Shown: positions 1-10,022 of the stretch, piece by piece
How positions within the stretch are numbered: the first letter of the stretch is position 1
Layout of the letters: every line of letters starts with the position of its first letter
DNA from: a virus
DNA: 64,000 nucleotides
Reading direction: 5' to 3' (one strand)
Virus record (IMG/VR): IMGVR_UViG_3300042691_038651
Coordinates: 36,843 to 100,842 of that record
Made by a program: the position numbers and the translations under genes
The notes under the pieces: generated by a model
What the model was told of the DNA's origin: nothing
Database searches by the model: none
The model's input: the letters and a program-made list of their open reading frames with translations, nothing else

Positions 1-2
1 CT

Positions 3-1172
3 GTGGTTGGTGATAAGTTCATGCGTAAGCTACAAGATGGTGATTCAGAAGCTCGTCGCAAATGGTCAAAGCTTTTACAAAAACGTAAAGCAACTGGCGA
101 ACCTTACATCTTGTTCAAAGGAAACGTCAACAAGCAAAATCCTGAAGCATACAAAAAGAACGGGTTGAAAGTCTTTATGACTAACATCTGTTCAGAGATT
201 GTATTACACACAGATGAATCACATTCATTCGTTTGCTGCCTAAGTTCATTGAACCTTGCAAAATATGATGAATGGCGAGACACTGACCTGGTATACACAG
301 CAACCTGGTTCCTGGATGGAGTTCTTGAAGAATTCTTACAGAAGGCCAAAAATATGAAAGGCTTTGAAAACGCCGTAAGATCTGCTGAAAAAGGAAGAGC
401 GCTCGGTCTTGGAGTACTTGGATGGCACACATACCTACAGCAAAAAGGTATTCCTTTTGAAGGCCTGCCTGCACAGTTTGAGACTCGAAAGATATTCTCC
501 CAAATGAAGATTGAAAGCGAGCGCGCAAGCCGTGATATGGCTTCTGAGTATGGCGAACCACTATGGTGCCGTGATACTGGATTCCGTAACACTCACCTGA
601 GAGCAGTTGCTCCTACTGTATCAAACTCAAAACTGAGCGGAAACGTCAGCTCAGGAATCGAACCTTGGGCTGCTAACGTATTCACAGAGCAGACTGCTAA
701 AGGCACATTCATTCGTAAGAATCCTGAGTTGGAAAGAGTACTCCGTAAAATAGGTAAGAACAATAAGGAGGTCTGGGATCAGATCCTCGCCGACGGCGGT
801 TCAGTACAAGGTCTAGATTTCATGGATGACTGGGGATTCCTGGAAGGCAAACTCGTGGAAAAAGCTACTGTCACAGATCCACTAATGATTGATCGCATCT
901 TTCCAGTTAAAGAAGTCTACAAAACCTTTAAGGAAATCAACCAACTTGATTTGGTAAAACAGGCAGGAGTTCGTCAGCAGTACATTGATCAATCATGTTC
1001 TTTGAACTTGGCGTTTCCTTCTACTGCCGAGCCAAAATGGATCAACCAGGTTCATATGGAAGCCTGGAAGCAAGGCGTAAAAACACTTTATTACACTCGC
1101 ACAGAATCTGTACTTCGTGGTGATATTGCTGCTAAAGCAATGGATCCTGATTGCGTATCCTGTGAAGGCTAA
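3..1172 (+). CDS. nrdA: Ribonucleotide reductase class Ia alpha subunit (5' truncated by window)
   Basis: TNICSEI active-site motif, APTVSNS..GIEP, KTLYY, C-terminal CVSCEG redox pair. Confidence 0.95.
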   Translation: MVGDKFMRKLQDGDSEARRKWSKLLQKRKATGEPYILFKGNVNKQNPEAYKKNGLKVFMTNICSEIVLHTDESHSFVCCLSSLNLAKYDEWRDTDLVYTATWFLDGVLEEFLQKAKNMKGFENAVRSAEKGRALGLGVLGWHTYLQQKGIPFEGLPAQFETRKIFSQMKIESERASRDMASEYGEPLWCRDTGFRNTHLRAVAPTVSNSKLSGNVSSGIEPWAANVFTEQTAKGTFIRKNPELERVLRKIGKNNKEVWDQILADGGSVQGLDFMDDWGFLEGKLVEKATVTDPLMIDRIFPVKEVYKTFKEINQLDLVKQAGVRQQYIDQSCSLNLAFPSTAEPKWINQVHMEAWKQGVKTLYYTRTESVLRGDIAAKAMDPDCVSCEG

Positions 1173-1188
1173 AAATTACACTGAAATC

Positions 1189-1869
1189 ATGGCAATCAAA
1201 ATTACAACTGACAAAATAGTTAGGCCACTACGACCAGCCAATGGTTCGGTGTTCAATATCGACGAACTTAATGATGAAGTCGGTGGTTGGATAGAGCCGT
1301 TCAAAGTTGGACCGGTCTGGGTAATGGGCGCTGAAAAATCAAAAGATTTGCCTCTTAATGACTTGGCCTCTTTTTTCTTTGAAGTGGCTTTACACGGAGA
1401 CATCCTGGTAGTTCCGCCTCAACAACTACCAACTGACTGGGACATAATGGAAGACTCTGATAAGAGGCTGTCTGCTGATATGGTGGATAGCGGATTCCTA
1501 CTCTCACTGCAAAATGCTCTGATGGTTAAGAGAATACGAGAACAAAACCCGGGAATGGTTGTTGACCCGACTGAACTATTTCAAAACCAGTTCAACATGC
1601 AACCAAAAGAGGAATACACTTACGACCCTCCTGTTGACGAAGAAATTGATGCAAACACAGCAGATTTCTTATCCAAAGTTTACGAATACATGACTAAAGC
1701 GCCTGCGCAATTCAAAAATGGCATTTTGCTTGATGAGACTCAGGTAACAATCCGTACACAAAAAGAAAATCTTAAGAGAATCTTAAGTATGATGAAAGGC
1801 ATGTATTTGGAGACCGAGGAGTATGAAAAATGCGCAGTCATCCAACAGGTGGAAGAACAATGCAAATAA
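1189..1869 (+). CDS. Hypothetical protein with C-terminal UvrB/UvrC (UVR)-like motif
   Basis: Likely ATG 1189; N-terminal P.NG..F...EL...VGGWIE; C-terminal LETEEYEKCAVIQQ. Confidence 0.6.
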   Translation: MAIKITTDKIVRPLRPANGSVFNIDELNDEVGGWIEPFKVGPVWVMGAEKSKDLPLNDLASFFFEVALHGDILVVPPQQLPTDWDIMEDSDKRLSADMVDSGFLLSLQNALMVKRIREQNPGMVVDPTELFQNQFNMQPKEEYTYDPPVDEEIDANTADFLSKVYEYMTKAPAQFKNGILLDETQVTIRTQKENLKRILSMMKGMYLETEEYEKCAVIQQVEEQCK

Positions 1870-1895
1870 ATACAAAAACAAAAAACAAAACAAAC

Positions 1896-2093
1896 ATGGA
1901 AAACCTAACAGCTTACGACTTGAAAAGAAAAGAGAAGAACGTACCTTTCACAGAATGTACTATCGTTAAAACTTCTCGCGGTGGCTACATGGCCAAAGGT
2001 GTAAACGCCTATGGCAACAAAATGAACGCTATGCTTTCAGAAGCAAAAGCTCTTGAAGCTATCGAAAAAGGAATTGCAACAAAAGGATACTAA
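1896..2093 (+). CDS. Small basic hypothetical protein
   Basis: ATG after a long A-rich leader; 65 aa. Confidence 0.7.
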   Translation: MENLTAYDLKRKEKNVPFTECTIVKTSRGGYMAKGVNAYGNKMNAMLSEAKALEAIEKGIATKGY

Positions 2094-2104
2094 TTGTCCA
2101 TAAG

Positions 2105-2166
2105 TTGTTAATAACTTTAAGCCCAAAGATTTTTTTCTTTGGGCTTTTTTGGTTAATTTTATACTA
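2105..2166 (+). promoter_or_regulatory. Class 1 (early) promoter/stem-loop element, copy 1
   Basis: TTGTTAATAACTTT, hairpin GCCCAAAGA-T6-TCTTTGGGC, then GGTTAATTTTATACTA. Confidence 0.8.
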
Positions 2167-2181
2167 TACAATTAAAACTGA

Positions 2182-4011
2182 ATGAGTAACCGATTTGAAT
2201 TAGAGCAACATTACATAGCTGCAAAAGAGGCGTACTACAGCGGAACACCTCTACTGTCTGACGACGAGTTTGACCGATTGGAAGCTGATCTGCTTTCTCT
2301 TGGATCTGACGTTCCGTATATCGTAGGATCTGACGACCGCAAGGCTAAGTATTCTCATCCATCACCAATGCTTTCCCTGGCTAAATACCAGGCAACTATC
2401 GACGGAACGCCGCCGACTGAATCTGCCGTGGCGTGGATGAAGAAATTTGGTGCAACCTCTTTCGAATTTACTCCAAAGTATGATGGTAACGCCGCTAACG
2501 CAATCTACGTAGACGGTAAGCTTTCTCAGGTACTCACTCGCGGTAATGGAACTAAAGGCCGCGACATCACAGACAAGGTAAAACATAATCTGCCTGACAC
2601 GGTAGGTTTCAATGGAACCGTGGAAGTCCGTGGCGAGGTAGTTATCAAAATTTCTACCTTCAATGCAAAATATGCCACTTTCAAGAATCCTCGTAACTAT
2701 GTGGCAGGCGTCCTTAACAGGGACGAAAATCCTGCTGAGGTAATTGCTGACCTGGACTTCATCCCACTCGAGGTAAGACATCATAATGACGGAGAAATCA
2801 TTTATATTGCTCCAAGAGTTCCAGGCTTCAAACACACTGCTCATATATTCTATGGTGGACCAGAATCTTTCGAGGCTGCTTACCGTGATATGGTGGAATA
2901 CCGTAAAACATCCGAGTATCAGTTGGATGGTTTTGTAATCAAGGCTCCCGAAGGTCTCCGACCACAATGGGGAGAAAATTCTCACGACCCTAACTGGGCA
3001 GTGGCAATTAAGTTTCCACCAAAGGAAGCAATCACTACTATCAAAAGTATCTCTTGGCAGTATGGCAAATCCGGGGCGGTAACTCCTGTGGCTGTCATGG
3101 AACCAGTAGATCTGGATGGATCTACAGTATCTCGAGCTGCACTATTCAATTACACATATCTAAAGAATATCGGCGCGTACCCAGGTGCTCAGGTTATTAT
3201 TGCAAAATCAGGAGATATCATTCCGCAAATCATATCGGTAATCAAAGCTGGCAACGAAAAGCATTTTGAACATCCAACACACTGCAAATGCGGATCTGAA
3301 TTGGTTCAATCAGGCGTCCATCTGATGTGCGAAAATGAAAATTGCGAAATGGGAGAATGGCACAAATTCTACCAAGGCGTGGCATGGTTGGATCTGGATG
3401 GCGTAGGTGGTTCAATGGTAAAACAGCTCTTTGCGGTAGGTTACCGTAGCGGTTTGGAATTGCTCAATCCTACCAAGTTTAACAAGGAAATTCTCTTAAG
3501 CAAAGGTTTCAAGGACGGAAAGATCTTGGCAAATATGCTGGAACAGGTTTCCCGCATCACCGAAATCACTCCACGCGAAATCTTAATGATTATGGCTTTC
3601 CGCAACATGGGTGGAACTACAGCCAAGCAGGTCGGTAACTTCCTATCAGGAATCGAATACAGCTTTCACGGCTTGGAAAAATCCGTAGTATCTGGATTCG
3701 GTCCAGGTGAACCAAAAAGAATTGCGTATGAAAATGCAATTGCAGAAATTGGTCAATACATCAAAGTAGTTCTTCCTGAAGCAATCTCGGCAGAAAGCAT
3801 CGGATACGAAATGACGGGTTCTCCAAAGGCTGCGGGGTTCAAAACCAAGCAGGAATTTGTGGAAGCTGCCAAGGCAAAAGGATATCACCACAGTGGAATA
3901 AAAGGCGCAAAAGTCTTATTCACAGATGATCTATCATCAACCAGTAGTAAAATGGCAGAAGCCCGTAAAAGAGGCATCCAGATATTACCTTATTCAATCA
4001 TAACCGAGTAA
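2182..4011 (+). CDS. ligA: NAD-dependent DNA ligase
   Basis: KYDG adenylation motif, TRGNG..G.DIT, RGEV, NPRN, DG.VIK, AIKFP, Zn finger, BRCT-like end. Confidence 0.95.
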   Translation: MSNRFELEQHYIAAKEAYYSGTPLLSDDEFDRLEADLLSLGSDVPYIVGSDDRKAKYSHPSPMLSLAKYQATIDGTPPTESAVAWMKKFGATSFEFTPKYDGNAANAIYVDGKLSQVLTRGNGTKGRDITDKVKHNLPDTVGFNGTVEVRGEVVIKISTFNAKYATFKNPRNYVAGVLNRDENPAEVIADLDFIPLEVRHHNDGEIIYIAPRVPGFKHTAHIFYGGPESFEAAYRDMVEYRKTSEYQLDGFVIKAPEGLRPQWGENSHDPNWAVAIKFPPKEAITTIKSISWQYGKSGAVTPVAVMEPVDLDGSTVSRAALFNYTYLKNIGAYPGAQVIIAKSGDIIPQIISVIKAGNEKHFEHPTHCKCGSELVQSGVHLMCENENCEMGEWHKFYQGVAWLDLDGVGGSMVKQLFAVGYRSGLELLNPTKFNKEILLSKGFKDGKILANMLEQVSRITEITPREILMIMAFRNMGGTTAKQVGNFLSGIEYSFHGLEKSVVSGFGPGEPKRIAYENAIAEIGQYIKVVLPEAISAESIGYEMTGSPKAAGFKTKQEFVEAAKAKGYHHSGIKGAKVLFTDDLSSTSSKMAEARKRGIQILPYSIITE

Positions 4012-4038
4012 CCATCTGGTGTACAGAGGTGACCACTG

Positions 4039-4066
4039 TGAAACTTTATTCTCCGAGATAATATAA
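4039..4066 (+). promoter_or_regulatory. Class 2 (middle) promoter AAAC-N16-ATATAA
   Basis: TGAAAC 4039, ATATAA 4061. Confidence 0.7.
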
Positions 4067-4105
4067 CTACTGTAAAGAAATCTAAAGTAACTCTAAGATA
4101 TACTA

Positions 4106-5926
4106 ATGGCAAAGAATAACAATAGCAAAGAAATCGTAGCTCTATCAGATTTTGAGCACGTACTACACAGGCCGACCATGTACATTGGTTCGGTAGAACG
4201 CTCTGATGAGAAAGTTCAAATCATTGAGGTAGATGAAGGTGGAAAGACCGGAAAAATCATAGAAAAACCAAAAGTGATCTCGGTTGGCTTCTACAAAATG
4301 CTTAACGAGATCGTGGATAACTCATTCGACGAGGCCAAGCGTATGAAAGGCGCGATGCCAAAAATCCGTGTAGAAATCAACTCTAAAACCAACCAGGTAA
4401 AAGTCACTGATACTGGCGGCGGTTTCATCAATGCAGAAAAGCCAAACAGCAAAACCGGGACCAGCAATGTGGAAACAGCGCTTTCCATGCTACGAGCAGG
4501 CTCAAACTTCTACAATGAAAGCTCGACAGACAGCCTCATTGGTACAAACGGAGTAGGTGCTGCCTTGGTAAATATGCTTTCTGATGAGTTTGAGGTACAC
4601 ACAGTTAACGGCGAAGTTGACTACAAAATTAGTTGGAAAAGATTTGTCAAAGACAAGGAGGAATGCAAGCCTGCTGGTAAAGCAACCAAAGGAACAACAA
4701 TTACATACACTCCGCGAAAAGATACATTCAAAGGATGCACATGGGACATGGAATACCTACACACCATGTTTGTATTCAGACAGTTTCTCATCAAGCGCGA
4801 TCCGCAGTTGCAAAACATGGTATTGGAATTTGTGTTTGATGGCAAATTGCTTAATTTGAATCTGCCTTTCCTGCCTGAGCAATATCTGGAAGTTCACAAT
4901 GACCTGGGAACTTTCTTCCTCTGGGAAGGGTATGCAAATGGTACATCCGTATCGTTCATCAACGGTGCTAACTGTAGCGGTATTCACCAACGTATCATGT
5001 ATGACTGGGTCAATGATATGTTTGACTATCCACAGGCACATATGTTTTACGGAACATTCTTTGTACTCAACCTGCCTCCAAAGCTGGTAAAGTTTGGTGA
5101 CCAAAATAAGACCAAGTATGCAGGAGGCCGCTGGGAAATTCAACCGCTCTTAGAAAAGAAGTTTTTTGCTAAGCTAAAGCGACAATTGCTAGGTTCGGAA
5201 ATCTTTCAAATCATCAAAAAGAAAATTGACGAACGCAATCTCAAACAAGACCTAAACACTCTAAAGTCCAAGAAGAAAGCTGCTGCCAAGAAAGTTAGCG
5301 ACAAGTACTTTCCGCCATCACAGGCCAAAGGTACATTGTTTATTGTGGAAGGTTCTTCGGCGATGGGATCAATCCTACAAAAGCGAGATCCTCGCACGGA
5401 TGGCGTCTACTCGTTAAAGGGAAAGATCAAAAATGCTCGTACAGTTCGTGACCTGGGTACTAACGCGGAAATCATCGACTTAATGAACATCCTCAATTTG
5501 GAACCCGGAAACGGAAAAGGCTGTACATTTGCAAACGTAGCCATTGCAACTGACTGGGACCCAGATGGTATCGGTCACATTGCATCCTTGGTAATTAACC
5601 TCTTCTACAAATGGTTCCCACAAGTCATCGACTCTGGCAAGCTCAATATCCTCATTACGCCACTTGCATCCATTGATGTAAACAGCAAACGTCAATACTT
5701 CTATTCGCTAGAAGAATTTGGTGCGTACGAAAAAGCTGGCAACAAGATGAGTAACGTCCGATACCTTAAAGGTCTGGGTTCACTCAGCATTCAGGACTGG
5801 GAAGTGGTAATGTCTGAGCGAGCAATGTTCAAAATCAAGAACGACCGCTCTTCCGGTAAGTACATCGACATTGCATTTGGTCTTAACTCCAACAAACGTA
5901 AGAAGTGGTTGGAAGGACAACTCTAA
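4106..5926 (+). CDS. Type II DNA topoisomerase ATPase/TOPRIM subunit (gp39+60/GyrB-like)
   Basis: HVLHRPTMYIGS, EIVDNSFDE, GTNGVGA, EGSSA, LKGK, DWDPDG, YLKGLGS. Confidence 0.93.
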   Translation: MAKNNNSKEIVALSDFEHVLHRPTMYIGSVERSDEKVQIIEVDEGGKTGKIIEKPKVISVGFYKMLNEIVDNSFDEAKRMKGAMPKIRVEINSKTNQVKVTDTGGGFINAEKPNSKTGTSNVETALSMLRAGSNFYNESSTDSLIGTNGVGAALVNMLSDEFEVHTVNGEVDYKISWKRFVKDKEECKPAGKATKGTTITYTPRKDTFKGCTWDMEYLHTMFVFRQFLIKRDPQLQNMVLEFVFDGKLLNLNLPFLPEQYLEVHNDLGTFFLWEGYANGTSVSFINGANCSGIHQRIMYDWVNDMFDYPQAHMFYGTFFVLNLPPKLVKFGDQNKTKYAGGRWEIQPLLEKKFFAKLKRQLLGSEIFQIIKKKIDERNLKQDLNTLKSKKKAAAKKVSDKYFPPSQAKGTLFIVEGSSAMGSILQKRDPRTDGVYSLKGKIKNARTVRDLGTNAEIIDLMNILNLEPGNGKGCTFANVAIATDWDPDGIGHIASLVINLFYKWFPQVIDSGKLNILITPLASIDVNSKRQYFYSLEEFGAYEKAGNKMSNVRYLKGLGSLSIQDWEVVMSERAMFKIKNDRSSGKYIDIAFGLNSNKRKKWLEGQL

Positions 5927-5931
5927 GCCTT

Positions 5932-5940
5932 GATATATAG
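5932..5940 (+). promoter_or_regulatory. Class 3 (late) promoter GATATATAG
   Basis: Recurrent motif upstream of virion genes. Confidence 0.7.
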
Positions 5941-5963
5941 AAGGTAAAAAATAAGAGAGCGTA

Positions 5964-6380
5964 ATGAAGCACACAAAAACATTTAGTCAATTCATCGACG
6001 AAAAGAAAGACGAAAAGTACATTGCACATGTCAACGACGGTAGAGAGCCGGGCGGTTCTGACAAAGACATCAAAAAAGACTACAATCTCGATGTAGAGAA
6101 CAGAGACAACGACGGTTTTGATATCGTTGGTTCAAAAGAAGATGTACAGGCTTTTATCGATGACTACGGCATCATTTTAGATGATGAAATTGCATTGGTC
6201 GAAAGCGCAGGATACATTGAGGTTATGGATCTTACACGAGTAGCAAACGCTTTAGGAGAAGTTCAAAGAGTATGGACTGAGTGGAAATCTGGTCCTGCAA
6301 CCGAGCCAAGCGATATTAAACCAGCACAGAAAGATCTGAAAGGATGGATCGACCGTTGGTTCAAAGATAACATTAAGTAA
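5964..6380 (+). CDS. Putative internal head protein with capsid-targeting-like N-terminus
   Basis: MKHTKTFSQFIDE resembles the T4 IP targeting peptide MKTYQEFIAE; follows a late promoter. Confidence 0.55.
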   Translation: MKHTKTFSQFIDEKKDEKYIAHVNDGREPGGSDKDIKKDYNLDVENRDNDGFDIVGSKEDVQAFIDDYGIILDDEIALVESAGYIEVMDLTRVANALGEVQRVWTEWKSGPATEPSDIKPAQKDLKGWIDRWFKDNIK

Positions 6381-6381
6381 T

Positions 6382-7167
6382 ATGAAGCACATAAGCACAT
6401 TTGAAAATTTCCTGAATGAGGGTAATGCCTCAATGTACAAGAGCACGGTTCAAAATGCTCTTAAACTTTTAGGGTATGACTTAAAGCAGTCTGAACTTAA
6501 GGTTGGCGTTAAGAAAGAAAAGTTATATGACTTGATTACGCTTAACGGAGAACTTCTTTGTTCTTCTTCTGACTATGCTCAAATGGTAACCTGGATTCAA
6601 AACGCGGTAAAAGAAGATCCTGCAAAATATGGTCTGGATCCAAGAGTATTAGAATCGGAAGACGTGAATGAAGGCGACATGACAAAAGACTATGACGGCT
6701 TCATTGTAATTGACTACAAAACAAAGAAGAACTACAAGTTTAGATACATCAAGGGGACTAACAACGTTAAAGTTGAAGACGAGGCAATTGCAAAACTTAT
6801 GAAAGACACAAGACAGCCTCGAGCAACCTTTGCAGTAAACGGGTTGGTTAGAAAAGGTGAGTGGGATAAGTCTGACGCTCAAGTACTTGAATCAGCAAAT
6901 GAGGCAAAGGACATGTCATACTGGAAACAATACGCTGAAGGCCATCATTCATCACCAAAGTGGTACAACGAAGAAGTAAAGAACGCGTCAGAAATTGCTG
7001 ACCTCGTTGACGAGGTTATTAAGAATGACCAGGCTGAAGCGGAAATTCCTTTTGAGATTGATGCAAAAGACGAGAAGGCTCTCGTTAAAATGGCAACCGA
7101 TTATTTCAATCAATTCAAAACTATCAACGGCAACGTCATCAGCGCGATGATATTCCAAGGAGCATAA
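6382..7167 (+). CDS. Putative multi-module internal head protein
   Basis: MKHISTFENFLNE; linkers VLESEDVNEG and VLESANEA. Confidence 0.55.
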   Translation: MKHISTFENFLNEGNASMYKSTVQNALKLLGYDLKQSELKVGVKKEKLYDLITLNGELLCSSSDYAQMVTWIQNAVKEDPAKYGLDPRVLESEDVNEGDMTKDYDGFIVIDYKTKKNYKFRYIKGTNNVKVEDEAIAKLMKDTRQPRATFAVNGLVRKGEWDKSDAQVLESANEAKDMSYWKQYAEGHHSSPKWYNEEVKNASEIADLVDEVIKNDQAEAEIPFEIDAKDEKALVKMATDYFNQFKTINGNVISAMIFQGA

Positions 7168-7184
7168 AAACAAAACACACATAA

Positions 7185-7544
7185 ATGGAAAAGGAACTAC
7201 TCAATAACGTCCTACAGATCCAGTCGCAATTAAAGGTGCTTCACTGGCAGACAGAGAGCTACGCTGAACACAATGCGTTTGGCATGACTTACGATACATT
7301 AGATGACCTGTTCGACCAAATCATTGAAGTATACAGCGGTAAATACGGCCGTCCTAAATTTGACGGCATGAAGAACATTGCTCTTGCTGATTATGAAAAC
7401 ATCAAGGTAGATGCGTTCATCGACGGTGCATTAAACTTCTTTGAAAATGCTTTCATGGCAGAGAGCGACAGCGAACTTGGAAACATCTGCGACGAGATCA
7501 AAGCTGCTCTTGACAAGCTGAAGTATTTGCTGACTCTAAAATAA
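7185..7544 (+). CDS. Ferritin/Dps-like four-helix protein (DUF5856-like)
   Basis: LHWQTESYAEH..FG.TYD.LDDL.D.IIE.Y.G; ends KLKYLLTLK. Confidence 0.75.
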   Translation: MEKELLNNVLQIQSQLKVLHWQTESYAEHNAFGMTYDTLDDLFDQIIEVYSGKYGRPKFDGMKNIALADYENIKVDAFIDGALNFFENAFMAESDSELGNICDEIKAALDKLKYLLTLK

Positions 7545-7556
7545 GTCTAGCAAAAA

Positions 7557-7895
7557 TTGGCAGCGTACATCGGAACCATTAGGCAGATCAATTCTGCCAA
7601 GTTTGGGCCTCCATTAAAAGAAGGCTATACACAGATTGATGTAATTGTTGATGTAAACAAAGATTATCCTAGAGCAATAGTATCAATCCCTTCGTATAGC
7701 GTGTCACAACTACAGGCTGTAGTAGACGGGCTTGATGGTGAGGTTTCAACTTACATTTCTGATGGGGTTATCAAAGCATCTCGCGGCGAATATCAGTTAG
7801 CCAAAGGTGAGGAGCCACCCAAAATTGCTGAGATACTTATGCCATCCGGCTCTGTGCTCTTTAGAATCATATATCAAATTATGTCAACCAGATAA
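7557..7895 (+). CDS. Hypothetical protein (TTG start)
   Basis: ORF fills the gap in the operon. Confidence 0.6.
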   Translation: MAAYIGTIRQINSAKFGPPLKEGYTQIDVIVDVNKDYPRAIVSIPSYSVSQLQAVVDGLDGEVSTYISDGVIKASRGEYQLAKGEEPPKIAEILMPSGSVLFRIIYQIMSTR

Positions 7896-7896
7896 C

Positions 7897-8148
7897 ATGA
7901 AACACGTTAAAGAATACTACGAATACATCACTGAAGGCAAGAAGCAGATTCAGTTCACACTAAAGACCGATAAGAAGTTCAATCTATTTGATCTCTTAAA
8001 TGCTCTCAAGCCGCTTGGTGGAGAAGTCTTGGACGGTCAACCAAACGGGGATGCCAAGGACGAGCTGATTGTCACAGTTGCTGTAGATGATTCCAAGAAA
8101 AAGAAGATTGAGGAAGAAATTGCAAAGTATGCAAAGATCCTAAAGTAA
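7897..8148 (+). CDS. Small putative internal head protein
   Basis: ATG 7897; MKHVKEYYEYITE targeting-like peptide. Confidence 0.55.
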   Translation: MKHVKEYYEYITEGKKQIQFTLKTDKKFNLFDLLNALKPLGGEVLDGQPNGDAKDELIVTVAVDDSKKKKIEEEIAKYAKILK

Positions 8149-8168
8149 ATTTACTTACACATATTGTT

Positions 8169-8195
8169 AACAAGGGGGCCTCGGTCCCCTTTGTT
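8169..8195 (+). terminator. Hairpin terminator
   Basis: AACAAGGGGGCC-TC-GGTCCCCTTTGTT. Confidence 0.6.
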
Positions 8196-8197
8196 GA

Positions 8198-8225
8198 TGA
8201 AACCTTGTTCACTCATTGAATATAA
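8198..8225 (+). promoter_or_regulatory. Class 2 promoter
   Basis: TGAAAC-N16-ATATAA. Confidence 0.7.
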
Positions 8226-8249
8226 CTATAAATGCTCTAAATATACTGC

Positions 8250-9647
8250 ATGGCAAAGAAGATCTATAACTTACCTATTTCGAAGCAAATTAACACAAAC
8301 TTCCGCAACTACGCACTCTATGTACTGGAAAATCGCGGAATACCATCTTTCTATGATGGTCTTACAAACGTTCAACGCTTCATCTTGGTGAATGCACCAA
8401 GCAACTATCACAAAACAATTTCTGTCGTGGGTTCCTGCATTTCTGACGGATATCACCACGGCGACAAATCTCTAACTGGCGCGGTTAACAAACTGGCTCG
8501 TCCGTTTGGTTGCTCTGAGCAACTATTGCTTGGCGATGGATTCTTTGGAACGCCAGTTCAGCAGGAACCTTCTGCTGCTCGTTACACCTCTGTAAAGATT
8601 GCTCCTGGGATTTCCGATATGATTCGGAAGAACACATTCCTTAACACACGCAATGACGAAACTGGCTGGGATCCGCTCTGGGTTGATCTGCCAATTGGTC
8701 TTTCTACTACAATCATCGGTATTGCGGTTGGTTACAAAACCACGGTTCTGCCTCGTAGCATGAAAGATGTTCAAAAGTACCTGGATGGAAAACTCAAAGA
8801 GGTCAAGCCGTACTTCAAAGACTTTAGCGGAAAAATCACTCGCTTCAAGGGAATGGACAAGTCTTGGTTGATTGAAGGGGTTGCCGAGAAAAACGTATCT
8901 GAGCGTTGGATTCGAGTAACTGAGCTTCCACCTCTTATGAAGTATGGTTCTTTCCTAAAGAAACTCGATGCAATCTTAAATTACCACCCAGGCGTAAAGG
9001 TAACCAACAACTCTTCTACAAACGTAGATATTCATCTGCGCTATAGCGGTAACGAGGAAGGCTGGGTTGCTTTTTCTGAAGCAATTGAACGCTCAATCAA
9101 AATGTTGGTAACGGAAACTCCGGTCTTTGTAAAAGATGGATTGGTGTTGGAATACGACCGCATTGAGGACTATATCGAGGATTTCAAATATCGCCGTGCA
9201 CAGCTACGCGTTGAACGCGCCAAACACTTCTTACGGGAAGCCAATGATGAATTGGAATTTGCACGATGCAAAGAAAAGTACTTAATGTATATGTTGGAAA
9301 CTCAACGAAAAGAAAATGAAGTTGAGAAGTTCCTTAATGGTGTTACCAAGAATCCAAGAGTTAAACGTCGACTGGAGTCTATATACCTCAAATCTCTAAA
9401 TGAACAAGAGTTGGAAAGAACTCGTAAAGAAATCAAGAGGTTAGAAGAATTACAGGCCCAGCAAACTATAGAACTCGCCGAGGCTACCAAAATTCTAGAA
9501 TCAATGGTAGATACCGCTACATCGCGCGGTACATCTAGTAAAACATCAAGTGCCGCAAATCTGTTTGAAGACGAAGAGGAAATTGATGGAATAGCTGTTT
9601 GGGATGGCGATCTCGAACCCGAGGAAGAAACAACAAACCAAGAATAA
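8250..9647 (+). CDS. Type II DNA topoisomerase breakage-reunion subunit (gp52/GyrA-like)
   Basis: RGIPSFYDGL..VQR, YHHGD.S, catalytic AARYT, GIAVGY. Confidence 0.92.
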   Translation: MAKKIYNLPISKQINTNFRNYALYVLENRGIPSFYDGLTNVQRFILVNAPSNYHKTISVVGSCISDGYHHGDKSLTGAVNKLARPFGCSEQLLLGDGFFGTPVQQEPSAARYTSVKIAPGISDMIRKNTFLNTRNDETGWDPLWVDLPIGLSTTIIGIAVGYKTTVLPRSMKDVQKYLDGKLKEVKPYFKDFSGKITRFKGMDKSWLIEGVAEKNVSERWIRVTELPPLMKYGSFLKKLDAILNYHPGVKVTNNSSTNVDIHLRYSGNEEGWVAFSEAIERSIKMLVTETPVFVKDGLVLEYDRIEDYIEDFKYRRAQLRVERAKHFLREANDELEFARCKEKYLMYMLETQRKENEVEKFLNGVTKNPRVKRRLESIYLKSLNEQELERTRKEIKRLEELQAQQTIELAEATKILESMVDTATSRGTSSKTSSAANLFEDEEEIDGIAVWDGDLEPEEETTNQE

Positions 9648-10022
9648 ATGAGAATCATCAAAGCAACAGAAAACGCTTCAGGCAATCTTACCGACGCACA
9701 GCTCAAGTTTATGCGTGAGCTAAACACAAACCCTACATTCAACCGCAAAGAAAAGCCTTGGACGCTAGTCAAGATTCCAAAGTCAACTACTCGAAACGTT
9801 GCATGGCACATTCGCTTAGGCAATGAAAACTTCCACGCGCTGCAAATGTACTCTCACGGAGAGTTTGTAAAGATTTACAGAGCAGACGAAAAAGGAAAGC
9901 CGATGGGTTGGAGTCATTTAGTAAAAGAATATCTAAGCTATGTGGATCTGGAAGCGGCTGTTGACAGATTCTACGAAGAATACTCAAAAACACAAACAAA
10001 TGAAGAGACTAAATCAATCTAG
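9648..10022 (+). CDS. Hypothetical protein
   Basis: Abuts upstream stop; 124 aa. Confidence 0.65.
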   Translation: MRIIKATENASGNLTDAQLKFMRELNTNPTFNRKEKPWTLVKIPKSTTRNVAWHIRLGNENFHALQMYSHGEFVKIYRADEKGKPMGWSHLVKEYLSYVDLEAAVDRFYEEYSKTQTNEETKSI

